A DNA stretch of 64,000 bases, taken from assembly GCA_020891255.1 (NCBI GenBank), contig BQFW01000008.1, positions 248,001-312,000 of the forward strand, in the 5' to 3' direction. Positions within the stretch are counted from its first letter, which is position 1; every line of letters starts with the position of its first letter. Shown piece after piece: positions 13,262-26,400 of this stretch. This DNA is from Entomortierella parvispora E1425. Taxonomy: Eukaryota; Fungi; Mortierellomycota. The position numbers and the translations under genes were made by a program. Under the pieces are notes generated by a model. It made no database searches. It had not been told where the DNA came from and saw nothing but the letters and a program-made list of their open reading frames with translations.

Positions 13262-13581
13262 ATGACCTCGGTCAAAGTGTAAGGAGTCCCTCCAATGCCG
13301 TAGCCACTTGCTCTTAGCTTTGGCCAAGAAACATGCTGCTCATTTGTAGCTTGTCAACTCTGACTTTTTTTTCCTTTCTTTTTTTTGTTGATTTGAACCA
13401 ACATCATAGTCTCGTTGTGGGATCAGCCAATGGCGACCTTCGCAACCTGTGCAGCAAAGTCGGGACAATCAATTCCAAGCATGGACCTTTTGATATCTTG
13501 TTCTGCACAGGCAATTTCTTTGCCAAGGAGACCCCGATCGAAACCATTGACGAACTTATGGAGAACAAACTGGACTGTAAC

Positions 13582-13620
<39 letters not shown>

Positions 13621-15871
13621 CCTTTCTGTTTGCAAACGCAAAAAGATCTTGTCAACAGGAACCACTGGAGCATGGAGAACTCACTCTCTCGTCTTCTCTT
13701 CACTTGCTTTTAGTCCCTATCACCACCTATTTCATTCATGGAGATCATGGCGTCCCTGGAATCGTGGAGCGCAGAGCGGCCAGGAATGGAGGCGAAGTCT
13801 GTAACAACCTTTTCTATCTCGGTAAGAGAGAGAAAAAAAAAGAGAAGACATTCCAAGGACAGCCAACTCGTTTTTTTTCGTAGTTGCCGTTGATGTTGAT
13901 ATTGTTCTTGTTTTTGAAACAGTTGTTGAGTTCAGCTTCTGAAGGACTGGGTTACTAAATGGACGACACCCTCTCTCCCCCCTTGTTTTTTTCCCTTGAC
14001 TTCTGATCTCTCTACGTCTCATAGAATCACATGGAGTGATGACGACTTCTCAGTCCGTCAAGGTGGCGTCTCTCAGTGGAACCTACGACAGCACAGTGTA
14101 CGAGGGCGACCTTGAGGACGAAAACTTTGATCAATCTTTGCTTCGACATCATTACACCAAAGCCCAGGTCGATGCACTTGTCAAATCGACCGAAAAGACC
14201 TCCATCATGGATACCTCTAAACATGGCGTCGACATCTTTCTCTCTCATGAATGGCCTGCCGGAATCTTGGAGCGTGTGCCACCCACAGCAGCAGGACCAG
14301 GCACCCCCCAGAATCAGGAAGCGAGCACCTTCTCCCCTGTCGTCTCCAGGGCCGTCTCTCAATTACAACCCAGATACCATTTCGCGGCGCGATCCGGTCA
14401 GTTCTGGGAACGCGCACCGTACAAGAACACGAATGGCGCTGAGCATGCGACAAGGTTCATTGGATTGGGAGAGGTTGGCAACAAGAATAAGCAGCGGTGG
14501 TTCTATGCCTTTAATATCGTGCCCTTGGCCAAGGCCTCGGACGAGGTGTTGGCGGCTTCGATCAATGCTGCAACGACAGACTCGCCCTTGGCGACTTTGG
14601 CCGAGATCAGGAAGCGTCCTCGGACTGAGCAGGTATGAAATGAAATGATTTTTTATTTTATTTTATTTTTTATTTTAATGCTTGATTTGTAGGCATCAGA
14701 ATGCTGACTCTTTTTTTTTTTTTTTTTCTTTTGCATACAGGAAGGAGAGAGTTTCTTTTGGGATCAAAAACGTGTCAGGAATGAGCCTCCACGAGGCTAT
14801 GTCTGTCGTATTTGCAACGTGCCTGGACATTTGATCAAGGACTGCCCAGGTGCCAATGCGAATGCCAGCCCTGGTGTTCCAGAGGGATACGTGTGCAACA
14901 AGTGTCATCAACCCGGTCATTTCATCCGCGACTGTCCATTGATTCAGGAGGAAGCAAAGTCCCGACCGGATTATATCTGTAGGATCTGCAACAAGCCGGG
15001 ACACCGGATTCAGGAATGTCCCGAAAAGGACTCTCATAACTCAAGGTCTGCACGACCTCCCCGCGCCAATGATCCCAACGCTCCCCCACCTCCTTGTTGG
15101 TTCTGTCTTTCCAACCCTGAGGTCGACAAAAACTTGATTGTCTCAATCGGCACCGAGGTGTATATGACGTTGGCCAAGGGTCAGATGCCCGCAACCGAGA
15201 ACCCGACTACGACCTTGATCCCAGGAGGTGGACATGTGATCTTGATCACCATCAACCATTACAGTTCCTTTGCGACCGTGGACCCAGAGGCGAAATCCGA
15301 TCTGGATTCGGAATTGAAACAGTACAAGGATGGATTGAGAAAACTTTACAATTCCAAGGCAGCGGCCTTGGTGGTTTGGGAGTTGAGTCAACGAGGAGCG
15401 CTGCAGCATGCTCATACTCAGGCCATGGCTGTTCCTATGGACAAGATTGAGGCTGTCGAGGCGGCGTTCCAAGAAGAGATCGAGTCGTTTTACATTGCTC
15501 ATTCGTCTTCTTCCTCTCGCCGCTCTGGACCCACGTATGGTCAAAAGTCTCTGCAGGCACTCTCCTCCGAGGAGGGAGGTGAGGCAGAGATGGACAAGGA
15601 ATTGGAGGTCAAGGCAGAATGGCAAGAGACAAAGCCCTCGGGAGGATCAGGGTACTTTAAGGTCGAGTTGCCCTCGGGCAAGAGCTTGTACTGTGTCATC
15701 CCTGTGGATCAGAGGGTCGACATGCAGTTTGGAAGAAATGTCTTGGCCAAGGCCTTGGATACACCCGAGAGAGCCTTCTGGAAGAACTGTGTAAAGTCGC
15801 CAGAGGAGGAACGGAAGGACAGTGTGGCCTTCAAGAATGTTTTCAAGGACCATGACTTTACCCTGCTCTAG
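13262..15871 (+). CDS. CWF19L1: CWF19-like protein 1 (Drn1/CWF19L1): pseudo-metallophosphatase + 3 CCHC knuckles + CwfJ C-terminal domains
   Basis: MTSVKV|LVVGSANG...KHGPFDILFCTGNFF; GVDIFLSHEWP; QPRYHFAA...FWERAPY; CWFCLSNPEVDKNLIVSIGTEVYMTLAKG; HAHTQAMAVP; MQFGRNVLA...WKNC...F...FKDHDFT. Confidence 0.93.
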
Positions 15872-16276
15872 ATCAGACATATTTTTGACATTAATATAAA
15901 TATCTTTTTTTTTTTTTTTTTTTTTTTTTGGCTTTAATGCGGATGGTTGGTATATGGGATGGCACTGCAGCCTCGTGTGACATCTTTGTTTTTGTTTTTC
16001 TTTTCTTTTTTTTTGTCATAAAACGTCTAGCATTGAAAAAAAAAAAAGTAAAAAAAAAAAAAAGGGTGGATGGTGTTGTCTGCAGAGACGGAGAAAGTAT
16101 GAAAGTATGAGAGAAGGAGGATTTTGGTTGTGTACAAGGCGGAAAATTGTTTTACAAACATGCAAAACAAGCATTGAGTGAAGGTTGAAGGATAACAAGG
16201 AGAGAAAATCATCAAGGAGTAAATAGTAGACAATCAAATGTGCAGAGACAGAAAGAGACAGCGACCCCAGGTTTTT

Positions 16277-19200
16277 TTACGTTGGGACATAGGCGCCATC
16301 GCCCTGCCAGACAAGGTTCTGAAGCCAGTAAAACAGAATCTCCACCACCTTGAACCGGCTGGGATGGTCGTCAAAGTTGGTTTCCTGAAGTGCATCAAAA
16401 GAGAGGAAACGCCCATAGTTGAATCCGCCGGCCTGCCCATTGTCCACCAGGAAAACTGAGGTAATCACTCCAAAGAGATAAACGACAATCGTGTACATGG
16501 AAACAAGTGTCACGTTGGCTATCACCTTGCTGTTCTCCTTTTTGCTAAGCACTCTTGTCGTGGGCACTGGTGCGTTGAGGTAGGCTTCACTCGAATTTGC
16601 GTGTCCAGGATTCAAAAGATCAACCACCTCTGCCTGTGTCAGCACGCGAGATTCTAAAAAGTCAAGAGAGGAAGGAGAATTAGACAATCGGACCAAGTCG
16701 AGCATCGTTCTCTAAAAATCCGTCTCGTCAAGATCAAAAACTTACGTTGGACTTTACGTCGGCGAGCACGGTCAGCCTTTTGCTGTTTGGCAGTTGAAGG
16801 TTCTCTACCCAGTACCATCTCGGCAGTGAGCGTGACAGCCAAGGGATGTGATGGCTCCCTTGCCTTGAACAGATCCTCAATCAACTCTGCGTTCGTTCCA
16901 AGCTCCTTGTTCAGCAACATCTCCTTGGACTCCAACGATTGAAGACCAGGGGGGAGTTCACAGTCAACATCGTCAACCTTTGTCTTCAGTGATAGAGCCT
17001 TGCTCAAGATATCTGCCGTTTGAGAAAGGTCGGTGTTGGGGGTATATGTGGAGGGAGATTGAAGTTGTTTCTCGAGTCCGCTTTCTTTGAATCGCTGGCC
17101 TAGATCCCGCATCGATGATCTCTTTAACTTCAAGTTGAACGATGTGCTCTCCTGCAACAGTCGTCGTGCACCCTCATGCGCTAAAAGAACAAGAAATAAA
17201 ACAATAACAGAGTTAGCGACGAGTTGCACTTCCCATTTGGAAATAATTCGATCCATAAGTAGTGTAGGAGAGTCTTACCCGGATCCCACTTTGCGTCAGG
17301 GGATCTTGTCGCAGTTGATTCTGGAGATCTAGCAGCGATCGAGTCTGGGGTCACATCGGAAGGCTCAATTCCAGCTTCAAATCCGGCTGTTTGCAGCTCA
17401 GACATCAATGTCTAAATGTTCAAGATGGATTGGGGTGTCAGTTTTGTTCTCCACTTTGGTATTAGCCGCTGGGCACTGAATTGCACATACCCTTCCTCCT
17501 GTCTGAATGTTTCCATCATAATCCAGAGTAGGGCTTGACAATCCTCCACCAAGATTTTCGACCTCGGTCTTCAGGGATCCAGTGAGTTCAGTTAGACGCA
17601 TCTTTTCAGTGTTCATGAGTTCCAGCTGAAAAGCCATCGCCTCGTTCTTTGTGATCTCTGCTGCCAATCGATCTCGAAGCTCCTCCATTGTTTCTTGATC
17701 CGCGTTAATCTATACAGGTAGTGATGGGTACGGTACATTGGTCAGTTCATGTATCAGAACCCTGGTTCAATATCAGGAGGTTCAGGTTAGTACTCACTCT
17801 GCGAGAGTCTGCCTCAAATGCTGTAAGTCGAATGATCGCGCTATTTAAGGCCTCCTCTTTTTGTCTCAAGGACTCTTTCATGTGCTCGTTTTCCTCTTCA
17901 AGCTCGTCCTTTTGCTTTTTCAGTGTTGCGGCGCTGTTTTTTTGCGTAGAGCTTGTCCGTTCGCTCTTTTCAATCTGCTGCTCCAACTAGAATACGTAAT
18001 GAGAACGAAACATAAGTAAAAGTAAAGCAGCCTAGGTCCTTCATTTCATGGTCCTTGTGGTACGTTACCTCTGCGATCTGCGAAGTCTTGGATTGTTCGG
18101 TATATTTGAGCTCTGAAATCTCGCGCCGCATTGTCTTCAGATCCCGCTTCAGATCGTCAATCTTTTGCTGGTTCTGCTCATCTTCCTTTGTCTGCTCATT
18201 CGCACGTGCTTCGTACTCCAACTCTGTCTGTCGCAGTTTCTTTTGTAGCCTCAGGTAGGCAATCTGTACAGATTCAATCTCAAGGTCGTGGTCGGGCTAA
18301 GCACACGATCAAGAAAACAGGGCGTGTGAGTTTGAAATGCAGAGCTCAAAACAACAGGCATCTCCAGGCAGACACAGGATCAAGAGAGTTGCCAGTTTAA
18401 CTTACAGGCGATTCAGTGTCGAGACCGCAGCCCTCAAACTCTATCTGGCTCGGTTCCCGGATGCTGAATTGGTTATGGCCTTGACCGTTGCCTCTCCAGT
18501 CGCTGTTGTTGAACTTTGACGGTGCAGGGCTTGAGGACTGAGAAGACTCGCCGGAATGAGAGTCATGCTGTGGAGGGGAGAAACAGAGAACAGAAATAGA
18601 AGCATGCGCATGTGACAAGACGTGGTTTAGTGTTAGTCCAGCAGCTCAATGGTATGTGTGGTGCGTGGTGCGTGGTGCGTGGTGGGGGTGTGGCATGGTC
18701 TGCGATCCAAAGTCAAAATATGCATGAGACAGACATCGTGCTGGTGGCAACATGGCTTTGTGTATATTGCTCCCCTTTCCCCAAAACCAAACAGTCGTGA
18801 TGCGAATCATATGTTCCCGTGGCGGATTCAGTCAGGCCATGCTCATGGTGGAAGAAAGGAAGGGAGCAAGCATTTCCTTTTTTCCATTTTCCTTGGTGCC
18901 GTTGTTGTATCAGTCCTCTTCCCATCTGCATCTCTTTTTTTTTCATATTTGGCTTTTGTCTGCTCCCGTCGATAGGAAAGAGAAACAAAAAAAAAGGGCC
19001 GACAACAGAAAAGAGCACCATCTTGAACACAAAAACATGCGTGCAGCCTCTTATTTCGCCATGTGTCAATCCCAAATCAGACGCGGGATCCGCCCCAACG
19101 CTTGGATCTGGCAACAACGGGCGAAAAAGAAAATTGGAAAGAGAAACGAGGGGGCGAGATTTTTTTTTGTTTTTTTTACCTCGTGGAAAGAGTGATGGTG

Positions 19201-19913
19201 ATCGCTGTCGTCAGAGTCGTCTTGAGAGGAGTGGGTGTTTCTCGGATGGCGAACACGGAACTGAGTCGACTCGCTCAGCGAGATCTTGCGGATCGAGTTG
19301 CCCTTTCCTCTCAGTGGAGCACCAGAATGATGTCGAGGATAAAGCCGTGGGGCTTCAAAGGACTCTTGCTCCTGCTCCTGTAGCTCCTGCTCCTGCTCCT
19401 GCTCATAATCATACTCATCCTCTCTCTGGCCTTCCTCTGCCTCCTGCTGGATATCAAATTGGCCCATGGGAGCACGATCGTCACCTCCCAAAAAGGGGGC
19501 GCCCTGTTGCTGGTTCAATGGCTCCGCGTTGAGGGCTGGTCCTTGCAGGAGGCCCAGAAGGTCGCTGAGGTCCTTTTGACTGACCACCGTCCCTTTGACT
19601 GTCGCAATGTAATCGCCGAGTTCCACCCAGCCGTTGGGTGGTAAAAGTGAGGTCCCCTGTTCTTGCTCGACTCTTCGAAGGACCTTCTCCATCAAGTCGG
19701 CCATGATACCAAGGCCAGAAGGGTCAAACTCTGGCCAAATCCTCGCTAAAATATCGTTGGAGGATTCACCATGCTATAGGATGAAGAAAAAGAAGCCCAA
19801 TGAGAAAGAGTTTAAAAAAAAATGCGGTTGGGAAATCACCACACACAGGACGCGGCAATGTTTACCAGAGAGGGTAGCTCCGTGGCCGGCGGTGGGTATG
19901 AAGCGCGCAGCAT
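16277..19913 (-). CDS. Coiled-coil, C-terminally membrane-anchored protein of roughly 800 aa; candidate KASH-type outer nuclear membrane protein
   Basis: About 8 GT-AG-flanked exons: MLRASYPPPATELPSL|HGESSNDILARIWPEFDPSG...; long heptad-rich E/K/Q exons (18260-17280); a single hydrophobic stretch VIANVTLVSMYTIVVYLFGVITSVFLV (about 16445-16525); stop after YVPT at 16277. The gene is well supported, but the KASH call is inference. Confidence 0.65.
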
Positions 19914-20645
19914 TAGAAATGTACAAGTGGAAGGAGCAGAATGGGTTAAAGTGAAGGATAAAGAGATGTAAGCCGAGAAAGGTCGAGGGTTGGGCGAAGA
20001 TGAGCAATGGGGTGGTATTCAAGGGGTGAAGAAGGGTCCGACAATAACGGTGAAAGAGAATGGGTAGAGTCGAGAGCTCTTTGCGAAGGGTGAGAGACGG
20101 CGCAAAGAGATGAGGATCCAATGCAGGAAAGAGACAGCAGAGGCGAAAGAATGAATGTGGCCAATGGTGGACAGGAAGGCAGGAAGGAAAGAAGGAAAGG
20201 AAAGGAAAGGAAAAAAAAAAAAAAAAAAAAAAAAAAAGTGAGAGCAAGGCGGAGACGATGCAGTCGGGAGAGTGAAGGGGGGAAGAGAGATGACGAAGGT
20301 AGGACAAGACAAGATGGAGGAGAAGAGCACGGGTGGAGGAAGGGTGAACGAGGAAGAGAAGGGAAAGAGTCCAAGAGTCCAAGAAGGAACAAAAGACGGC
20401 AAAGAACAGAGGGAAAGACAGACAAGAGAAGGGTGAGCATGCATGGATGGACACATACCCTACATACCATACCATACGCCCGCAAGCAAGGCAAGGGATC
20501 GAAGAAGGGGACCCTGTGTAAATGCACACACGCGCATCTCCAGCACCTCCGCAAGCGCGCCCTCTGCAAGTGCAAAAAGGAACAAGAAGACAGAGGAGGC
20601 GATCCATGGTAGATGTGTGATCGCATGCGCTGTGTTGATCCCGCC

Positions 20646-20676
<31 letters not shown>

Positions 20677-20944
20677 TGGGTGGCTTGGATTTGTTTATTG
20701 CATACACACACACACACACACACACACACCACTGGATCACCCACACTCACTCACACTCACACTCACACACACACCCACACACACCCCCTTTCTGTGCCTG
20801 TGTCCCTCCACCCCACTCTCTCTGTGTCTCTCTCCTCCGGAAGGAATTCACTCTCTCGGTCCATTCATTCATTCATTGAATTGCTTCCTGTTCTTTCCTT
20901 CCCCTTTGCATTGTTATTGTTCCGCTCCCCTCTGTTCGCTCCCC

Positions 20945-22178
20945 ATGGCCTCGCTCCGCATCGCAACAAAGGCCCTCTGGTCCATCAAGGCCGCTGCCCC
21001 TGCCTCCAGGACCCCTGCCCTCGCCTTTTCATCACATCGCCTCATCCACTCCACCTCCGCCACATGGGAGGACAAGGACGCCACCAACACAGAAGCCGCT
21101 GCTGCTGCCGAGTCAGAGTCAACACAGGACGCCAACGAGGAAGCGACTGAGGCCATCGACACAAAGCTCCCTTTCAGACGGAGAAACTTTCACAAGTGGC
21201 TCCGTTCCGAGGGTGCTCGCTTCGCCACCCCCTCTTACGGTGGCGTCAACTATGTCGGCGACGTTGTAAGTCCCAGTTTCATCCTTCATTTCTCTCCTCT
21301 CTTTGACGGAATCTTTGCAACAGTCGTTCATCGACAACGTACCGCAGACCAGACCTCTTTGACTGCAGCCTGTCCGATCTGCCTAGAAAACATGGAAGCA
21401 AGAGAAAGAGAGAGATCAAAGACTCTAGCCAACTCACCTTCTTTTATCACCCTTGTCTTCTAGCCCTTCCCCATGAACCCCTTGTTCAAGCCTACACCCC
21501 CCGTCTCAAATGCTGCCAAGGAAGAGATTTACAAGTTGCACCGATCCGACACCACCAAATGGACACCTCGCCAACTCGGTACCAAATACAACATCTCGAT
21601 CAAGCGTGTTGAGGCTATTCTTCGCTTGAAGCACCTCGAGAAGGAAATGATTGCTGAAGGATACATCCCTCAGGAAAAGTTGACCAAGGGCATGGAACAG
21701 TTGATGGGCGTCAAGTCTGAGCGTTCAGTGACAATGGTGGAACCTTTGGTCGACATCTTGCCCCAGGTCGGTTCTCCCAAATTCGAGGCTGTGGACGAGG
21801 ACAACACTTTCACTGCCGTCGATGCTGCCAAGGTTTTGAAGCGTCGTCCTTTGGCCGAGATCAAGGCAAGGATGTTGGAGGAGGAGAAGAAGAACCCCTT
21901 TGTGCTCACGGACTCGATCAAGGGTGTCGCCCAGAAGATCCCTCCCCCTACAAAGGCCATCAGCAAGAATGCTTCCGCAGCCAGCCCCCGCTTCAAATTC
22001 ACCTTCTTGGATACCTCCAAGAGCCAGAACGTAATGCATGGAACTACCAACTATCTGGCACGTTGAGTCTGTAGTCTGTATCGAAAGATTCTAACTTTTT
22101 TGTCCTTTTTTTTCATGTGTCATATAGGAAACATTGATCAGGGAGAAGGATGGCACTTTGCTTCACGTTCAACAATAG
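20945..22178 (+). CDS. MRPS35: Mitochondrial ribosomal small subunit protein mS45 (Mrps35/Bot1), 3 exons
   Basis: Mitochondrial presequence MASLRIATKALWSIK; spliced PFPMNPLFKPTPPVSNAAKEEIY...RQLGTKYNISIKRVEAILRLKHLEKEM (Bot1p domain); C-terminal RFKFTFLDTSK...LIREKDGTL. Confidence 0.85.
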
Positions 22179-22460
22179 TCGCAGACATCATGGGTTTTAC
22201 AGGAGACAGGATTTTACAATACACAACAACAACATCATGCAACATTTCATAATAAACTATGGACATATCTCAAGTACCGTCGTCAGGCTGTAGCTCTCTG
22301 GCGATCAGCAGCTATCAGTTGCTGGTCTTGTCAGTCAGAACCGTTTGTATAACAGATTCTTCCTGAATGCTTCTTTACCTTATACTTTACTCTTTGAGAG
22401 TAAGACTGGCACGTCGATCGCACGTTGAGTTTTTTCTACAAGAGCTTTTGGTTCCTACAT

Positions 22461-22902
22461 ATGTCCACCATCTCGATCACCTAAAGCCTTTCTCGAGAAC
22501 TTTCAACTTGACTCGTTTAATGGGCAAAATCGTGGTAGCCACCATGCCCAAGACTGGCTCAAGGGATTTGTGCCCCATTGTGATGCCACTGGAATCCAAG
22601 AACAAGGGCAGGACCACATCGTTTGTGCTGGCCCTCCCATGACTGGCAGCGCGCTCCGATGGTATAAGCAGCTCCGTCCGATCACCTGGCACCACCGTCA
22701 AAGGGCGGGAAGTACGACCCTACCAACAATTCAAGCAAAAACGTTAAAACGTTTCCTGCAGCGATTTTGTCAACACCCAGGCGTCGGATGACGCGTTTCG
22801 ATCAGCTTCGGGATTTGCGTCAGGAACAGTCCGTCCAAAAAGTAACGTCCTCCAGTTTTAAAGACTCTGACGCTACCTTGACAACTTTGATGACGGGATC
22901 GC

Positions 22903-22934
<32 letters not shown>

Positions 22935-23282
22935 CGCAGTGTGGACTCAAGTCTAGGATCCGTCAATTAGAGGATGCTTTTTACCCAAGAGAACATAGCA
23001 GACGACATCCAAAGACTGATCGCCTTTGCTGAACGTTTGGACAGGGAAGAGAATGATCAACTGCTTCTCCAGGGTCTTCATAAGATACAAAGCCCCCCCT
23101 ACAAGTCAAGAGTGCCACCCACAGCCAAGTCAATCCGAGACTGATCATCAGCAGCTATACCTCCATGGAAATCATGAAACTCGCTAGAAAGGAAGAAATC
23201 CGGGAAAACGATTTTTGAAAACAGTCTATGCTTCTATTGCTACGAAGCAGGTCACCTCATCAGCGATTTCCCCCTCTCCTAA
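22461..23282 (+). pseudogene. Decayed Ty3/Gypsy-type retrotransposon gag (capsid + CCHC knuckle); no pol or LTR seen
   Basis: Frame-shifted remnants in Gag order: LDSFNG...AQDWLKGF..HCDATGI...MTGSALRWY; FDQLRDLRQEQSVQK; YVLQF*RL*RYLDNFDDGIAVFF..GLKSRIRQL; LIAFAERLD; SMEI; LCFYCYEAGHLISDFP. In-frame stops lie at 22859 and 22868, and a poly-T run spans about 22905-22934. Confidence 0.8.
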
Positions 23283-23446
23283 CAAGAGACAGCCAATCTC
23301 CAAGGCGCACTGACAAGACTTTATATACCATTCCTTATCCTTGTATAATAAACCCAGCTGCCCTTCATGAAGAGATAGAATTGTTTTTTTTTTTTTTATT
23401 ATTTTTTTTTTTAGAAATAAGTTTAAAGATTAATGTTGTCTATGAA

Positions 23447-26400
23447 TTATTTTTGTTTTTTGCCGGGTTGGTTGAACGCCCGGTTGTAATGATGTTCGAT
23501 CGTTTTGGAAAGACCGATGGCCATGTCTGTGTCCTTGAGTTGCAAGATCAACAGCCACACGATCCAGATCCGGGACATGAAGAAGATCTGCCAGCTGTAC
23601 CGGACCCCAAACAGGATCAGGAAAAATATAATGTAGTTCAAGATGCCCATCGTAATCGACGCGTACCTAATGAGTGACAAGTAGGGAAAGAGTGAAGACA
23701 AGAGAGCGACAGAGAAATAACGGGAGAAATGAAATGAAATGTTAGAAATACCTTTGATCAACGAAATAAAAAAAATAAAAAAAAAAAAATAAAAATAAAA
23801 AAAACTCCTTGGAAAAATATCAAGCAGACCTCCTGGAGCCGCAATATCTGTTGTTACTTACCCTTTCTCTGGAGTCCTGGGGATCATGGCTCCATCCGTG
23901 ATGGCCTCGACGAAAAAGATGAATGGCGCGATATAATCAAGTCGGTGATCAGACGAAAATGGCTCGTACCACTGAACTGACAGATTCCGGATCCACACCA
24001 TCAGCACAGGCAACGTGCAAGGCAGCAGCAAGAAGAACATGACAAAGATTGACATTAAATAATGGTATCGGTCCCACGCTGCCTGCACTCTTGAAGTACT
24101 CTAGAAAAAGGACAAGGTGAAAAGCAGAGTTCAGAAATTGAGTTTCTCAAAGACCCGATGCAAATTCTTATGACAGGCCAACAGTGAGCATCCTTATTAC
24201 CGAGTTTTGTGCCGTCAAGAGCGACCTGACACAAGAGACAATGTGGACAAGGACAGCGACGACAAACGCGAACTGATATGGCACAAATGTCGCCACCATA
24301 ATGAACAAGATGATGGTCGTGATGACCCTCCGTCGGACTCCACGCGATCTAGTCAGATTAACGATAAAAAGATCAAAGGCATGAGCACAATGGACAAAAA
24401 AAACCACACACTGTTCGACCCTTGGGCCCACAATTCTGACGACAGCGACCATTACCTTTTGGATAACATATTTCCGATAGCTTGTCCGATCACGTACCGC
24501 CCTCCACGTTTAGACACAAACGTCAACAACGCCGCAACAGACCGAACAAGTCCGTTCAACAGCATCCAGATCAGAATCACAATACCAATCGAGATCTGAA
24601 AAAAGACTGGAGCCAAAAACCAAAAGAACGGATCGTTGACGCCCAAAAGAACATCGCCAACTCGAAAGCTAGAGAACCACGACTCATTCCTGGCAATTCT
24701 GGCCCGGGCCATCCGCTCATACGCATCCTGATCCAGACCTTCCCTCGATCCTGGAAAGGCGGGATATCGACCTCCAGGGCCGCCAGGACCATGCAAAATC
24801 TCTTCTTCTGCATTCGAGTTCATATATCCTGATCTTGAACCAGAACCCATGATCGGATCAAACGCTACGATTGTCCTTGCTTGGAGAGACTGCAGGAACG
24901 CAATCACCGCCAAGAGAATCGAAAACTTCCAGAACGTGCTCTGAATCAATTGAGTAATCATCATCCCGAATGGCTTGAACGGCTCGCCTCGATTCCAAGC
25001 CCGGAATTGCGCCCGCAACGTCAAGATCACAACCAGGTAGGTAAACACTAGGACCACCATCCGGTATCGAATCAGGACCTTGCCCATACTGCCGTACCTG
25101 TCCACTTGCAAACTCAACGAAAGTTGTACAGGACAGCTGGGATCCATCCAGAACCGAAGCTCAATGCCTTTTTTGCCAGGGAGCTGAATCCGCTCAAAGT
25201 AAGGGATATCGCCATGAAAATTAATGTCGACAGATTCCCGATCTGCGACGTTGGGCGTGTATCGATCCTCGTACATGAGCCAGCTGGATCTCCTCATCAT
25301 GGGTGCAAATTTCTGGGGTGCGCGACAGCCTTGACGTTCTACTGTCAAGGTATAGGTCACCAAACTGTTGTCAATGTTGGGGAACTGAAGGGTCGAGACC
25401 AGCGAAGGTCTTTCCGGGAAGGCGTGCATACGGAAGCCATTACTCCAAAGGTCTGTTTTAAAAAAAAAAGTACATCATAGAAAATAAAAGTGGTTAGCCT
25501 TAGTACACACCATCCAAGTTCATATCTTCAACAGAGCCACCCATTTCCCGAGTCCTTACTGAGAGTGGTGGTAGGCACGGACAAGGTGCTGTTCTTCTCG
25601 GAACCGAACTCTGCAATGACAAATCCAGTCTCCCCGACTTTTCGTCCGAGGACCTTGATCACGATATAGTGCGAGTCCTTGATCATATTCAACTTTTGGC
25701 TGATAAACCGGAACTCTTGCCCTTTGCCGGTTCGAATTCCTCCTTGTGATTGGGACAAAGACGATGGTTGCACAGGTGAAGCAGGGATGGGAATGGCTGA
25801 AAGGTTACTGTGTTTACAAGATAGCGCCGAGGGTGTTGAAACAGCACCAGAGGGGCTCACATCGTTGTCTGGTGTTTGATCCACGCACAGTAAGGTTTCC
25901 AGTCGATTGCCCACCTCCAGAGAATAATCCGTCACTAGATTGAACGTGTCCATGTCAGAGCCAAAGGGGATGGGGATGACATAGAAATGGGGGTTGGCCG
26001 ACTCTACATCGTGTGCTGCGCTGTTTTTGGGCGGATAGACCAAGGGATGCTTCGAGTCCACCATTGTGTAGTCGACCATTGACAGTTCGATAGTCTCGGA
26101 GTCTAATCGAAATGAAGGCGAAAAAAGTAAGAATCAAGACTATCAGAGTAAATGACATTTAACCATGGTGCCTCTCCCCTTACCTGATGGATAGGTAGCC
26201 TTCTCGACATGATCCTCGATGCCTGTCAAGAATCGATTCCGAAATATCTTCATCCGCTCCTCCAAAGGTTTGACTTGCTCTGAGTAACTTGCATCCACGA
26301 TATCAATCAAGGTCTTTCCAATGACCGTCGCAATCTGGTTACACCAGAGAATCGCAACGTGATCTGCACCCACCCAGGCATGGGGAAATGAGGATGTAAA

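Noticed and set aside
25729-25740. GGTTCGAATTCC, similar to a tRNA T-loop/B-box
   Set aside because: It lies inside a BST1 coding exon, with no acceptor, D or anticodon stems around it.
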